This document shows positions 25,340 to 34,651 of a stretch of 40,000 bases of DNA, piece by piece. Numbering within the stretch: position 1 is the stretch's first letter; the number at the start of each line of letters is the position of its first letter. Source of the stretch: an uncultured Actinomycetes bacterium (GTDB lineage Bacteria; Actinomycetota; Acidimicrobiia; IMCC26256; DASPTH01); the NCBI GenBank assembly GCA_963819475.1, contig CAWFWE010000002.1:10469-50468 (forward strand). Direction: 5' to 3'. The notes beneath the pieces were generated by a model, which made no database searches, was not told the DNA's origin, and worked only from the letters and a program-made list of their open reading frames with translations. The position numbers and the translations under genes were made by a program.

Positions 25340-26636
25340 TCAGGCGGCCTCCTGAGTCTCGCGCACGGGTGTGACGGTCTCGAACTTGCGGTCGAGTTCG
25401 ACGCGTAGCGCGGCGAGGTGGAGGTGCCCGTTCACACGTCGGAACTGCGTCGCGGCTTCGGTCATCCCGGCCGCGCACCAACGCAACGCCATCTGTCCGT
25501 CACGCCACCGTTTCACGTTCGCGCTGTGATCGCGGCAGATCTCGATCATGGACTCGATCGCGTTCGAGGACCGCAACGTCCGAGCCAACGTGGGTGGCAC
25601 ACCGAGGCGGTTGACGGTGAGCGTCTCGCCGAGTCCTTCCCGGAGTGAACCTGCCGCACCGGGATGTGCCTTGTCGAGCGAACGGGCGAGCGCCTCGAGT
25701 GTTGCTTCGGCGTGCAACGCGTCCTGGTCGCGGTACGCGGCGCGCATCTTCTTGGTCACCGTCGTCGCCAGCGTCTTGGGCAAGTGACGTTCAACGTTGC
25801 GGATCTTGTGGAGCTGGCATCGCTGCACGACCGGCCGGTCGAAGATCTCGCGCACCGCGGTGGCGAGCGCTTTGGCGCCGTCGATCACGACCAGGATCGG
25901 ACAGCGACATGTCGAGCCCGCGTTCGGCGAGGTCGGTGAGGAGCGCCTTGACGACCGTCGCGTTCTCGGTCGAACCTTCCACCACCCCGAGAGGGATCTT
26001 GGTGCCATCGATGGTGATCCCGAGCGCCACCACGCAGAGATGCTCGGCGAAGTGAACCCCGTCGATCATCAACGCCACCAGATCGAGCTCGGACAGATCG
26101 GCGCGCATCAGCTCGTCGAGAGCCCGTTCGGTCATCGCCACGAACCGGCGACTCACCGCCGAACGCGACGTGCCCGACGCGGAGGCCTCGACCGCCGAAC
26201 CGACCGGTTCCAGACCGGCCTCGTAGCGGCGGGTCGAAAGCTTGGCCATCATCCGCTCCAACGCGAGCTCACCGAGCAACTCGGTGCTCGAGAACAGCTC
26301 ATAGGCCGGCACCGCCACCTCGGCGGTCTTGTCCACGGTACGAACCCGCGGGCGACGCACCCGCACCTGACGGCCACCCAACACCACCGAGCCGGCCTCG
26401 CGGCCGTGACGCACCGCTCTGCGGTCCGGATCGTGTGCACCTTTCGGGCCGCACAGCCCGGTGACCGACTCGTCCATCAGGACCTGCATCACCTGCAGGC
26501 CCGCGCCGACCGCGAGAGCCAACAGGCCTTCGCGCATCGCTCCGGTCAGCTCGCTCATCGCGACGCTCACCGCGTCCGGCACCACGACCTCGCTCATCGC
26601 AGCACGCGACGCGTTCCTCTGGTAGTTCTTCCTCAC
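25340..26636 (-). pseudogene. IS256-family transposase of copy B, frameshifted
   Basis: Split into ORFs 25791..26636 and 25340..26008. Direct comparison with copy A shows one extra base (a at 25903: ggacagcgac versus ggacgcgac) plus a few substitutions. Confidence 0.9.
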
Positions 26637-26747
26637 GGCGGTCCCCTTCTTGTCGGATGTGCTTGGCGGTACGCCCGAGACCTACCAGCAGGCAGGCATC
26701 AAGCGGGGGACCGCCACCTCAAGTTCCACGACTACCGGGACAACCTC

Positions 26748-27178
26748 GATGAATAGCCCCGACCCACCAAGTACCGCGTCAATGCGTCCGTGTCGAATGC
26801 CATTCCGGCGTCGTCCGCCTGCACACACGCCAAGAACTCAGCCGCGAGGTTTTCCTCCGTCAAAACAGCGGCTTGAGTCTCGCCGACATCGAGCATGAGC
26901 GCGTCCAAGTACACGAGACGTTTCACTGACGGATGGGTCCCGAGTTCAGTCAGCACCATGCCACCACCGGAGTGGCCGACGAGAACCACGGGATCGACGC
27001 ACTCGTCGAGAACCGACCGCAAACTTGCGACATCGTCCATTTCCGACTCGGGCAGACAACTCGGGAGCTGTACTGCAACGTTGGGAACTCCGAGACGGTC
27101 GAGGAGCGGAATCACGCGGCTCCACGCTGCGGGCGTGCCGCACGTGCCATGCACGAGTACAACCGTCGCCGGTGCCAT
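26748..27178 (-). pseudogene. Alpha/beta hydrolase (esterase-like), 5' half
   Basis: MAPATVVLVHGTCGTPAAWSRV...VVLVGHSGGGMV (GHSGG nucleophile elbow). An alternative start lies at 27229. Interrupted at 26748 by IS copy B. Confidence 0.8.
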
Positions 27179-27365
27179 GGCACCCCCCTCCGGCTCGATC
27201 ACAGCCACAGTAGACCTGCACATATTCATTGCCCAGTGCTCTGGCGTTGTTACGCGAAGACGCGACTGGGGTCATTTATGTGTTCCCGATTGGGAGGAGC
27301 TCGGCGGGTCGCGGCGGGTCGCCTCCGGGTGCTTGTCGGCCCCAGCGTCGACGACCTCGGTACGT

Positions 27366-28973
27366 TCAGATGAATCGGTTCTCGTCCGCCAGCTCGATCA
27401 GCGGAAACGCACGATGACGCCGCGGCGGCACGAGAAAATTCTGTCGGCGTGTGGCGGTGAGGAACCGCTCGATGCCTTGATCGTCCTCCGGCACCGCGTG
27501 CGCACGGGCGAGGTCGACCGATGCTTGATGGGAACGCATCCGCGCGAAGAAGTCGGACGTGGGCACGAAGATCGAGAACTGCAGCTTGGGCTGGTTCGAT
27601 CCGTCAGGCACGTCGAATGAGTCGAAGCCCGGCCCGTCCATGCGTATATGAATCGGACTCCCATCCTGGGCTCGCGAGGATCGCTGGAGCGCCGAGACGT
27701 GGCCCAACCGGTGTCGTCCTCCTGGCGTCCGGACGCCTTGGGCACCGAGTGCTGCGTCGTCGGGTCCCCGGAACTCGTTGGGGAGGAAGGTCGGGCCGCC
27801 GCCGTCGGTGGTCTGGTCGGCAAATCCCAATGCGGGTGGCGGCGTCGAACGGAACATGTATTGGACTCGCTCGAGGAACGTTTCGTCGTTGTCGGTCTCA
27901 GTGTTCTCGGGCTCAGCGCTGCCGTCGGATTCCTGAGGATCACCGGGATCGACTTCTTCGTCACCGCCGAGGTGGGTGCCGCCGAAGCGATCCGGGTAGG
28001 CGCGTTCGTCAGGCGCCTCGGACGCGGTCGACTGGCCGAGGTAGAACTGCTCGAGGTCGAGGATGACGTGAGAGAGATGTTGGATCGACGCGTTGTCGAA
28101 GTAGTCGCCCGACCGCGCGGTAGTCAAGCGGGCCGAGGCGTTGCCCTGGAACGTCGTGATTGCGGCTGGCCCGCTGCCGGCCGTCTGCTGGTCGGCGAAG
28201 CCCATCCACATCGGTGACTCCGGGTGGATCCGTGTCGCGAACGGCAGTCCGGCCTCCTCGGCGATTCGGCGCGGCATTCCTCGCTGGTTGAACATCACGC
28301 GAGCAGGATCGAAGCGGAGCAATGTCTGGAACGCCGGTGATGGGACTCGTCGTCGGGCGAGGACGTTGCTGCCCGCCAGCCACGCGTCCACGTCGTTGAC
28401 GACGGGCAGGCTGTCACTCCGGATCGTGAACAACAGTGCGTGGGCTTCGATGCGGACCGGGACGTTGAACCGCTGCTTGCGCGTGCCGCCGAACCGATAG
28501 GTCACGTCGGTCGGTGCGGGAATCGTTTCCTCGAGAGCGAGACGTCTGGGGTCCGCGAGCAAACGCGGAACGTACGCCGCGACGAGCCCTCGTGGCAGCA
28601 ACCGGAAATACGGCAGCCCGTACGAAACGAACGTGAGCGTGCCGCCGGGCGCGAACTCATAGGTGTCCTCGATGGTGTCCAGCGCCGCGGCCAGCACCTG
28701 CTGATCGTCAGACGTGGGCGTCCGCATCAAATCGGCTGTGACGAATTTCGTGAACACGGGGCCGAACCGGAACGCGACGCCGTCGATCGTTTCGACCGGA
28801 GCCAGGAACGGCGCGATGTCGTGCTGTATCTCAGGCAGCGCAGGAACCGCGGCGTCCGACAGCCTGATTGGCAATCGAGCGGCCCGATGCAACAGTCCGA
28901 GCGTCGAACCGGCTGCGCCCAAGGCGCCGAACCGAAGCACGTCCCGTCGAGTGAGCTCCCAGCGACGCTCCAT
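27366..28973 (-). CDS. Tat-signal protein, DyP-type-peroxidase-like (tentative), with an acidic insertion
   Basis: N-terminal twin-arginine signal (RRDVLRFGALGAAGS). GFADQ motifs, GHVSALQRS...IHIRMDGPGF and a FLVPP tail loosely resemble the DyP/EfeB layout. An acidic insert reads EEVDPGDPQESDGSAEPENTETDNDE. Confidence 0.4.
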   Translation of the reverse strand: MERRWELTRRDVLRFGALGAAGSTLGLLHRAARLPIRLSDAAVPALPEIQHDIAPFLAPVETIDGVAFRFGPVFTKFVTADLMRTPTSDDQQVLAAALDTIEDTYEFAPGGTLTFVSYGLPYFRLLPRGLVAAYVPRLLADPRRLALEETIPAPTDVTYRFGGTRKQRFNVPVRIEAHALLFTIRSDSLPVVNDVDAWLAGSNVLARRRVPSPAFQTLLRFDPARVMFNQRGMPRRIAEEAGLPFATRIHPESPMWMGFADQQTAGSGPAAITTFQGNASARLTTARSGDYFDNASIQHLSHVILDLEQFYLGQSTASEAPDERAYPDRFGGTHLGGDEEVDPGDPQESDGSAEPENTETDNDETFLERVQYMFRSTPPPALGFADQTTDGGGPTFLPNEFRGPDDAALGAQGVRTPGGRHRLGHVSALQRSSRAQDGSPIHIRMDGPGFDSFDVPDGSNQPKLQFSIFVPTSDFFARMRSHQASVDLARAHAVPEDDQGIERFLTATRRQNFLVPPRRHRAFPLIELADENRFI

Positions 28974-29349
28974 GGTTCGTCCCCCTCGGACCCCCCGCGC
29001 CGACCACGACCGGACCTCGCGTCAGCGACGCCAAGTCGTGCACCCCGGACTATGCACCACCTGACCTGGGACCACGCTGTGAAACGAACTGGTACCAAAC
29101 GTCGGGTGCGCGCCGGTGGAGGAGACCCTGTGGCCGGCCACGCCCAAAAAGCTGGATCGGGCCGACCCCGATACGAGCGAGCACCGTCACAAGCGCGTTC
29201 CCGAAGCGCCACCCCAAACTCTGGAACGCTGGATCAGGCCGAGCGCCGCTCGTCTCAGTCATGCCTAGTGAGGATACGGACGGGACTCGCTCTGGCTCCG
29301 TACCTCAGTGCCCGATTCACCTACCGACAGACGCCGAACGAACTGGCAG

Positions 29350-29787
29350 CTATGGCGTTGAGGTTCGCTTTCCTGCGGTAGTGAATCCGTCCGCGCCCAC
29401 CTGGACTGCAACTTCTCCGCTGTCGAAGTAGTCGCGCCAAACCGCAATCTTGCCTACGACATCCACCTCGAAAACTCCGGCGACGTGGGCCGTGAGCGGC
29501 TTCCCCCGCAGGATCAGTGAGTCGAGTCGCTGGGTGAAGACGATCTGTCCGGCTGACGCGATCGCAACGGTCTCGATGTGGAGGTCCTGCATGTGCGAGG
29601 CCTCTCGGAGGAACTCGTCGCGGATCGCGTCATGGCCAACGAATGGCTCCTCCCATGCGTTGACGTGGAACCGCGCGTCTGGGCTCATATGGCTGAGCAG
29701 CCGGTCTACGTACACCGCCCGGTCCGACTGATCGCTCTCAAACTCGGCTAGGAACGACGTGACTGCGGATTCCTCTTTGACGCCCAT
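29350..29787 (-). CDS. SnoaL-like / limonene-1,2-epoxide-hydrolase-like (NTF2 fold) protein
   Basis: Start at MGVKEE (ATG at 29787). ...FHVNAWEEPFVGHDAIRDEF...IAVWRDYFD is typical of the NTF2-like SnoaL/LEH family. Confidence 0.55.
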   Translation of the reverse strand: MGVKEESAVTSFLAEFESDQSDRAVYVDRLLSHMSPDARFHVNAWEEPFVGHDAIRDEFLREASHMQDLHIETVAIASAGQIVFTQRLDSLILRGKPLTAHVAGVFEVDVVGKIAVWRDYFDSGEVAVQVGADGFTTAGKRTSTP

Positions 29788-29915
29788 GGGCGCTTCCCTT
29801 CCTGCGGAACTCCATTCGGACAGTTCCCACCAGCACGCATATGCCCGATCCGGCGTGCTTACGCGAACACCGGAGCGCGGCTCACCCGATCCAACATCCA
29901 GGCGACCGGCTGCCA

Positions 29916-30140
29916 TCACGATCCACCTCCGAAGATCGCGGCGTCGAGTCTGGCCGCCGCGCCTTCCTGCATCCCCTGGGTGACGTGCGAGTAAATGTCC
30001 AGAGTGATCGCGATCGACGAGTGCCCGAGACGTTCTTGCACCACCTTGGGGTGCACACCGGCTTCGAGGAGCAGCGTCGCGCACGTGTGCCGGAGATCGT
30101 GGAAGCGGATCCCCAGAGGTGCGTTGGTTACCATCACGCT
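29916..30140 (-). pseudogene. C-terminal fragment of a second type of tyrosine integrase
   Basis: IRFHDLRHTCATLLLEAGVHPKVVQERLGHSSIAITLDIYSHV. The N-terminal roughly 250 aa are absent. The upstream part of ORF 29916..31967 is antisense to the GMC gene. Confidence 0.75.
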
Positions 30141-30277
30141 GCCATCACGCGCGCCGCGAACACGACGCGACGCCCGTGTACCGGTGGGCACGAACACCGG
30201 TCGCGGGTACCCTCTGACCTGCGGATCTGCTCGCGCAAGTGCACGGCCGTGCACTCGCGGTGACGCGGCCGGGTGTG

Positions 30278-30321
30278 CTGGGGGACCAAAGGTCCCGGGT
30301 TCAAATCCCGGCCGCCCGACC
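30278..30321 (+). repeat. Degenerate third copy of the tRNA-Pro 3' part (displaced native end or old att site)
   Basis: The first 35 nt are identical to 9847-9881. It then reads cgcccgacc versus agcccgaca (2 mismatches). The following roughly 30 nt (gagaaacc..tcagaggctc) resemble 9892-9914. Confidence 0.8.
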
Positions 30322-30356
30322 GAGAAACCGCAGGTCAGAGGCTCCGCGAGGACTGC

Positions 30357-31886
30357 TTGGGCGACTACGACGACATCATCGTGGGAGGCGGCTCGGCCGG
30401 TATCGCGCTCGCGACGCGGCTGACCGAGGACGAGGCCCGGCATGTTCTGCTGATCGAGGCGGGGCCGAATCATCCCGGGATCGCGGATGCCGACCGGCTC
30501 GACGACCAGATGCGGTTCGCGGCGACGCTCACCGATTGGGCGATCGATGCCTCGTACATCTCTGGCGGCGCCCCGCTCAACTACCCGCAGGGAAGGACCA
30601 TGGGTGGCGGGTCTGCGGTGAACGGCGCGTTCGCCGTCCGCGGTGTTCGCGACGACTATGAGCGCTGGGCTGCTGTCGCGGGCGAGGACTGGTCGTGGCA
30701 GAACCTGCTGCGCGTCTTGTGCCGCCTGGAATCCGACCAGGACTTCGGCGGCGAGGCTCATGGCACCGACGGCCCGGTTCCTGTCGTGCGCTGGCGCCCG
30801 GAGGAGCTCCTGCCGGCCCAGCAGGCGTTTCTCACCGCGGTCATGGACCACGAGATCCCCTGGGTCGAAGACCTCAACGCCCCCGGCGCTTCGGGCATCG
30901 GCTCGATGCCCATGAACCGGCGGGACGGCGTCCGCATGTCGACCGCGCTGACCTACCTGCCACTCACGAGGCAGCGAGAGAACCTGACGATCTGGCCGGG
31001 CACCGAGGTGACCAGGGTCCTTCTCGAGCACGGCTGCGCGAGCGGCGTCGAGTACCCGCGCGACGGAGCGCTGCAACAGGTACGCGGGTCGCGTGTGATC
31101 CTCTCGGCGGGGGCGCTCCAGTCGCCGACGCTGTTGTTGCGGTCCGGAATCGGCGCTGCTCGCCACCTCACCGAGGTCGGCGGTGAGTGCATGATCGACC
31201 TCCCGGGCGTCGGCGAGAACCTGATGGATCACCAAGGCACCGCGGTGTTCCTCGTACCGCGCGACGAGCTCTCCTCGCCGGATGCTCGCGTGTGTCAGCT
31301 CGGGGCGCGCTACTCGTCGTCGCTGGGGACCGCCGAAGACGACATGTGGCTCAGCATGTGGAGCCCTTGGGACCTCACGGAGTTCCCCGACATGCAGAGC
31401 ACCCTCGGCGTGCGGTCGATCAGCACGCTCGTGGTCGGTGTGCACGACCCGTTGTCCCGAGGCACAGTGCGGCTGCGCACCACCGATCCCGGTGTGAGGC
31501 CGCAGGTCGACTTCAGGATGCTGACCGATCCTGGCGACCTCCCGCGACTCGTCGAGGGCCTCCAGCTCGTCATGAGCCTGGCGGGGCATCGCGCGTTCAC
31601 CGCGTCGTACGGGGGCATCGGGTTGCTGGAACCAGCGAGCGCGGACGACCGGGACGCCCTCGAGAGCTACATCACGTCGACGGTGGGCGGCTGGTACCAC
31701 GCGTCCGGCACCTGCCGCATGGGCACAGACCCCGACGATGGGGCCGTGGTCGATAGTCGTCTCCAGGTTCACGGCGTGGACGCGCTCCACGTGGTCGACG
31801 CGTCCGTGATGCCGACCGTCGTCAGGGCTCCCACCAACCTGAGCTCCATCGCCATCGGCGAACGGGCAGCCGAGCTCCTTCGCTAG
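30357..31886 (+). CDS. GMC-family FAD-dependent oxidoreductase (choline-dehydrogenase-like)
   Basis: DIIVGGGSAGIALATRL (FAD GxGxxG), GGGSAVNG and a C-terminal HASGTCRMG. I favour a TTG start at 30357, because the ATG at 30273 would translate the tRNA remnant. Confidence 0.85.
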   Translation: MGDYDDIIVGGGSAGIALATRLTEDEARHVLLIEAGPNHPGIADADRLDDQMRFAATLTDWAIDASYISGGAPLNYPQGRTMGGGSAVNGAFAVRGVRDDYERWAAVAGEDWSWQNLLRVLCRLESDQDFGGEAHGTDGPVPVVRWRPEELLPAQQAFLTAVMDHEIPWVEDLNAPGASGIGSMPMNRRDGVRMSTALTYLPLTRQRENLTIWPGTEVTRVLLEHGCASGVEYPRDGALQQVRGSRVILSAGALQSPTLLLRSGIGAARHLTEVGGECMIDLPGVGENLMDHQGTAVFLVPRDELSSPDARVCQLGARYSSSLGTAEDDMWLSMWSPWDLTEFPDMQSTLGVRSISTLVVGVHDPLSRGTVRLRTTDPGVRPQVDFRMLTDPGDLPRLVEGLQLVMSLAGHRAFTASYGGIGLLEPASADDRDALESYITSTVGGWYHASGTCRMGTDPDDGAVVDSRLQVHGVDALHVVDASVMPTVVRAPTNLSSIAIGERAAELLR

Positions 31887-31887
31887 G

Positions 31888-32028
31888 TCAACGGCTCCCC
31901 GCGCGGGACCGTGACCTGGACGCTGTCGCCGTCCTCCGGGTTGACGAGCGCGAGTTCGAGGTGGCACCGAGGCACAGGGCGGCGACCGCGAAAGTGCCGA
32001 CGAGTTTGCGTAGTGTCCCCTCCGTCAT
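31888..32028 (-). CDS. Small ORF coupled to lepB with a signal-peptide-like N-terminus (doubtful)
   Basis: Read by hand. The ATG overlaps the lepB stop (ATGA). MTEGTLRKLVGTFAVAALCLGATS is followed by an R/S-rich tail. A more protein-like tail exists in another phase. Confidence 0.2.
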   Translation of the reverse strand: MTEGTLRKLVGTFAVAALCLGATSNSRSSTRRTATASRSRSRAGSR

Positions 32029-32573
32029 GACCGGACGACGCCGATCATGGCGTTCGCCGGGACCGGACCGAATGCCCGCGAGTCCGCCGACTGATTGCGG
32101 TTGTCACCCATGACGAAGTACGTCCCGGCGGGAACAGTGCATCCGTCGGCCGGACTGTTCGCCGCACAGCCCGAGGGCATCCCCCTGAAGAACGTCCTCT
32201 TCGGGCGAGGCCTGACGTACCGCTCAAGAAGGGGGCGCCCGTCGATGCAGACGCCACCAGCTTCACACTCGGAGATCGTCTCGCCGGGGAGTGCGACCAC
32301 CCGCTTGATGTCCGCCGCGACTGCGGCATCACCCCACGCTTCGCGCGGGTCAAAGACAACGATCGCACCGCGGCGACAGCACTTCGCGCCCAAGTCGACG
32401 CGTACCGAGTCGCCAACCTTGATCGTCGGCTTCATCGAACTGGAGTGCATCGTGTAGGTCCTGCTCCCCGAACCCATCCCAACGAGCAGGCCGACCGCCG
32501 CAAGCGCGATCACCGGTGCGCCAAACCTACGCACAACCCCTCCAGTACCGTTCGGCAAATTGAGAAACGCCAT
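32025..32573 (-). CDS. lepB: Signal peptidase I (S26 family)
   Basis: Catalytic SSSMKPT box, IKRVVALPGE and GDNRNQSADSR boxes, plus an N-terminal membrane anchor. Confidence 0.85.
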   Translation of the reverse strand: MAFLNLPNGTGGVVRRFGAPVIALAAVGLLVGMGSGSRTYTMHSSSMKPTIKVGDSVRVDLGAKCCRRGAIVVFDPREAWGDAAVAADIKRVVALPGETISECEAGGVCIDGRPLLERYVRPRPKRTFFRGMPSGCAANSPADGCTVPAGTYFVMGDNRNQSADSRAFGPVPANAMIGVVRS

Positions 32574-33339
32574 TCACGTTCTCAAGTGTCACACGCCGGT
32601 CGTCACCGAGTTGACATCGGTCAGCGCCGCGAAGACAGCAGAGGAGAACAGCCCAGCGAGACATACTGGAGCGGTGAGCCCCGAACGAACCGAGCCCGAT
32701 CTCATCTTCGTCGAGCTCATCCATCAGGCCCTCCGGGTCGACAGCGCGCGGTTGAAGCTCACCGTTACGGCACTTGCACCGGACGATCGAGGGAGCCGGC
32801 TCTCGGGAGTGCGTGAGTTCTACGGCAACTATCGAGCGCAACTTGTGGCGCACCACACCCACGAAGACAGGTTGTTCTTTCCGGCGTTGGCGGCCCGGGT
32901 CGGCAAAGAGAGGATGCACCTCGACGAGCTGGTCGCGCAGCACCACCAGCTCGACGGGTCGCTCGAAGACGTCGAAGAGGGCCTCGCCGCGCTCGACGAT
33001 CCGAGTGGCGACTTCGCTGCGGACCGCACCCGCGTGACCGCCGCCCTCGCCAGCATGGCGGAGCAGCTCACCACCCACCTCGATCTGGAGGAACGGACCG
33101 CGCTGCCACTGGTCATCTCGCAGCTGCCCGTCGCCGAGTACGACCAGCTCGAATCCAAAGCCCGAACGGCAACCCCGCGAGGCCAGACGGGGTTCCTCGT
33201 CCCGTGGCTCGCCGAGCACGCCTCGCCGACGCAGCGGAGTGCGTGGTTTCGCACCGCGCCGCCCTTGCGGATCGTCTACCGGCTCAACCGCCGCCGCTAC
33301 CGCCGCCTCGACGAAGCGTTGGTCCCTGCCGCGCGATAG
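32560..33339 (+). CDS. Hemerythrin (HHE cation-binding) domain protein
   Basis: LIHQALR...AHHTHEDRLFFPAL...QHHQLD metal-ligand pattern. The true start may lie downstream of 32560. Confidence 0.6.
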   Translation: MRNAIHVLKCHTPVVTELTSVSAAKTAEENSPARHTGAVSPERTEPDLIFVELIHQALRVDSARLKLTVTALAPDDRGSRLSGVREFYGNYRAQLVAHHTHEDRLFFPALAARVGKERMHLDELVAQHHQLDGSLEDVEEGLAALDDPSGDFAADRTRVTAALASMAEQLTTHLDLEERTALPLVISQLPVAEYDQLESKARTATPRGQTGFLVPWLAEHASPTQRSAWFRTAPPLRIVYRLNRRRYRRLDEALVPAAR

Positions 33340-33447
33340 CCGGCTTCGGCCGGGGCCTCACTCGCCTCGACGGTCGGCCCGGGGGCGTGCAGAGTAGAGG
33401 TCGGAGGTGGCCGACGACCTGTCGGCCGATGGCTCTCGGAGGGACCC

Positions 33448-34629
33448 ATGGAGTTCGGCATCTTCAACTCGCTGTACATGCCGCACCACCTGAGTGATCT
33501 CGATCCCGAGCACGCCGAGGCCAATCGGCTGCGAGACGAGGTCGCGTGGACCGTGGCGGCCGATCGCGCCGGGTTCAAGTACACGTGGGCGACCGAGCAC
33601 CACTTCCTCACGCAGTACTCGCATCTCTCCGCCAACGAGTCGTTCCTCGCGTACGTCGCTGCCCTCACCGACAACATCCATCTCGGGAGCGGGATCTTCA
33701 ACATCACGCCGCCCGTGAACCATCCGGCCAGGGTGGCGGAGCGCGTCGCGATCCTCGACATCCTGTCCGAGGGACGCTTCGAGTTCGGGATGGGTCGCGG
33801 ATCGTCGACGACCGAGCAACGCGGGTTCGGCATCCACGATCCCCAACTGACCACGCTCATGTTCGACGAGGTGGTGCCGCAGTTCCATCACATGTGGAAG
33901 GAGACCGAGTACGCGTTCGAAGGCCGGTTCTTCTCGATGCCGCCGCGCAACGTCCTGCCGAAGCCGGCGACCAAGCCGCACCCGCCGATGTGGGTCGCGG
34001 CCGGGAACCCGGGCACGTTCGAGAAGGCGGCCCGGATGGGGCTCGGCGTCCTGTGCTTCACGACCGGCTCGCCGGCGTCGCTCGCGCCCATGATCGAGAC
34101 CTACAAACGCACCATCGACCACGCCGAGCCGGTGGGCGGCTACGTCAACAACAACGTGATGGTCACGAGCCAGATGCTCTGTCTGGAAGACGGCCAGCGC
34201 GCGCGCGACATCGCCTGCAACATGACGTCCGGGTACCAGAACAGCCTCGTGTTCCACTATCTGGACACCTTCCCGAAGCCGCCGGGGATCCCGGAGTGGC
34301 CCGAGCTCATTCCCGAACCGACCCCTCATGGTCTCGAGCACCAGATCGAGCAGGGCCTCGTCGTCATCGGGACGCCCGAGGAGTGCACGCGCGCGGTGCA
34401 GGGGTACGCGGATGTCGGCGCCGACCAGCTCACCTTCGGGATGCTCTCGACCACCATGCCGGTGGAAGTGGCCATCGAGGCGGTCGAGACCTTCGGTGCC
34501 CAGGTGCTGCCGCAGTTCGACAAGGACCCGATCCACAGCACCACCCGCCAACGCGAAGCACAAGTGGGTGGCGCTCCCGCGCGGGGTCCCGTCGGGGAAG
34601 AGCCCGAGCTGCCCCCGCTGCGGATCTGA
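33448..34629 (+). CDS. LLM-class (luciferase-like) flavin-dependent oxidoreductase
   Basis: MEFGIFN...GFKYTWATEHHF...LSEGRFEFGMGRGSS is typical of luciferase-like monooxygenases. Confidence 0.85.
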   Translation: MEFGIFNSLYMPHHLSDLDPEHAEANRLRDEVAWTVAADRAGFKYTWATEHHFLTQYSHLSANESFLAYVAALTDNIHLGSGIFNITPPVNHPARVAERVAILDILSEGRFEFGMGRGSSTTEQRGFGIHDPQLTTLMFDEVVPQFHHMWKETEYAFEGRFFSMPPRNVLPKPATKPHPPMWVAAGNPGTFEKAARMGLGVLCFTTGSPASLAPMIETYKRTIDHAEPVGGYVNNNVMVTSQMLCLEDGQRARDIACNMTSGYQNSLVFHYLDTFPKPPGIPEWPELIPEPTPHGLEHQIEQGLVVIGTPEECTRAVQGYADVGADQLTFGMLSTTMPVEVAIEAVETFGAQVLPQFDKDPIHSTTRQREAQVGGAPARGPVGEEPELPPLRI

Positions 34630-34651
34630 CCCGCAAGGGTGTCGATCGACG

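Larger units (their letters stand above)
24010..26747 (-). mobile_element. Second IS256-family IS, copy B, inactivated (IS3 element in its terminal repeat plus a 1-nt insertion in the transposase gene), with a 9-bp target-site duplication
   Basis: Flanked by gatgaatag at 24001-24009 and 26748-26756. The left terminus aggatgtc (24010-24017) is separated from the rest (25298 onward) by the IS3 element. Confidence 0.85.
16203..30277. mobile_element. Decayed genomic island (older tRNA-Pro insertion) colonised by IS elements
   Basis: Begins with an int-proximal arm like that of element 1 plus an integrase remnant. Ends at a degenerate tRNA 3' copy. Contains four IS insertions, several pseudogenes and unrelated cargo genes. 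Confidence 0.55.

Noticed and set aside
19386-26747. The two near-identical IS256-family copies in direct orientation, read as a composite transposon carrying the ABM, GrpB and hydrolase genes.
   Set aside because: Each copy has its own perfect 9-bp target-site duplication (tttcagtgc for A, gatgaatag for B). The outer flanks do not match each other. These are two independent insertions.
30273-30356. The ATG at 30273 as the GMC oxidoreductase start.
   Set aside because: That start would translate the tRNA-Pro remnant. The conserved FAD-binding N-terminus begins right after the TTG at 30357.
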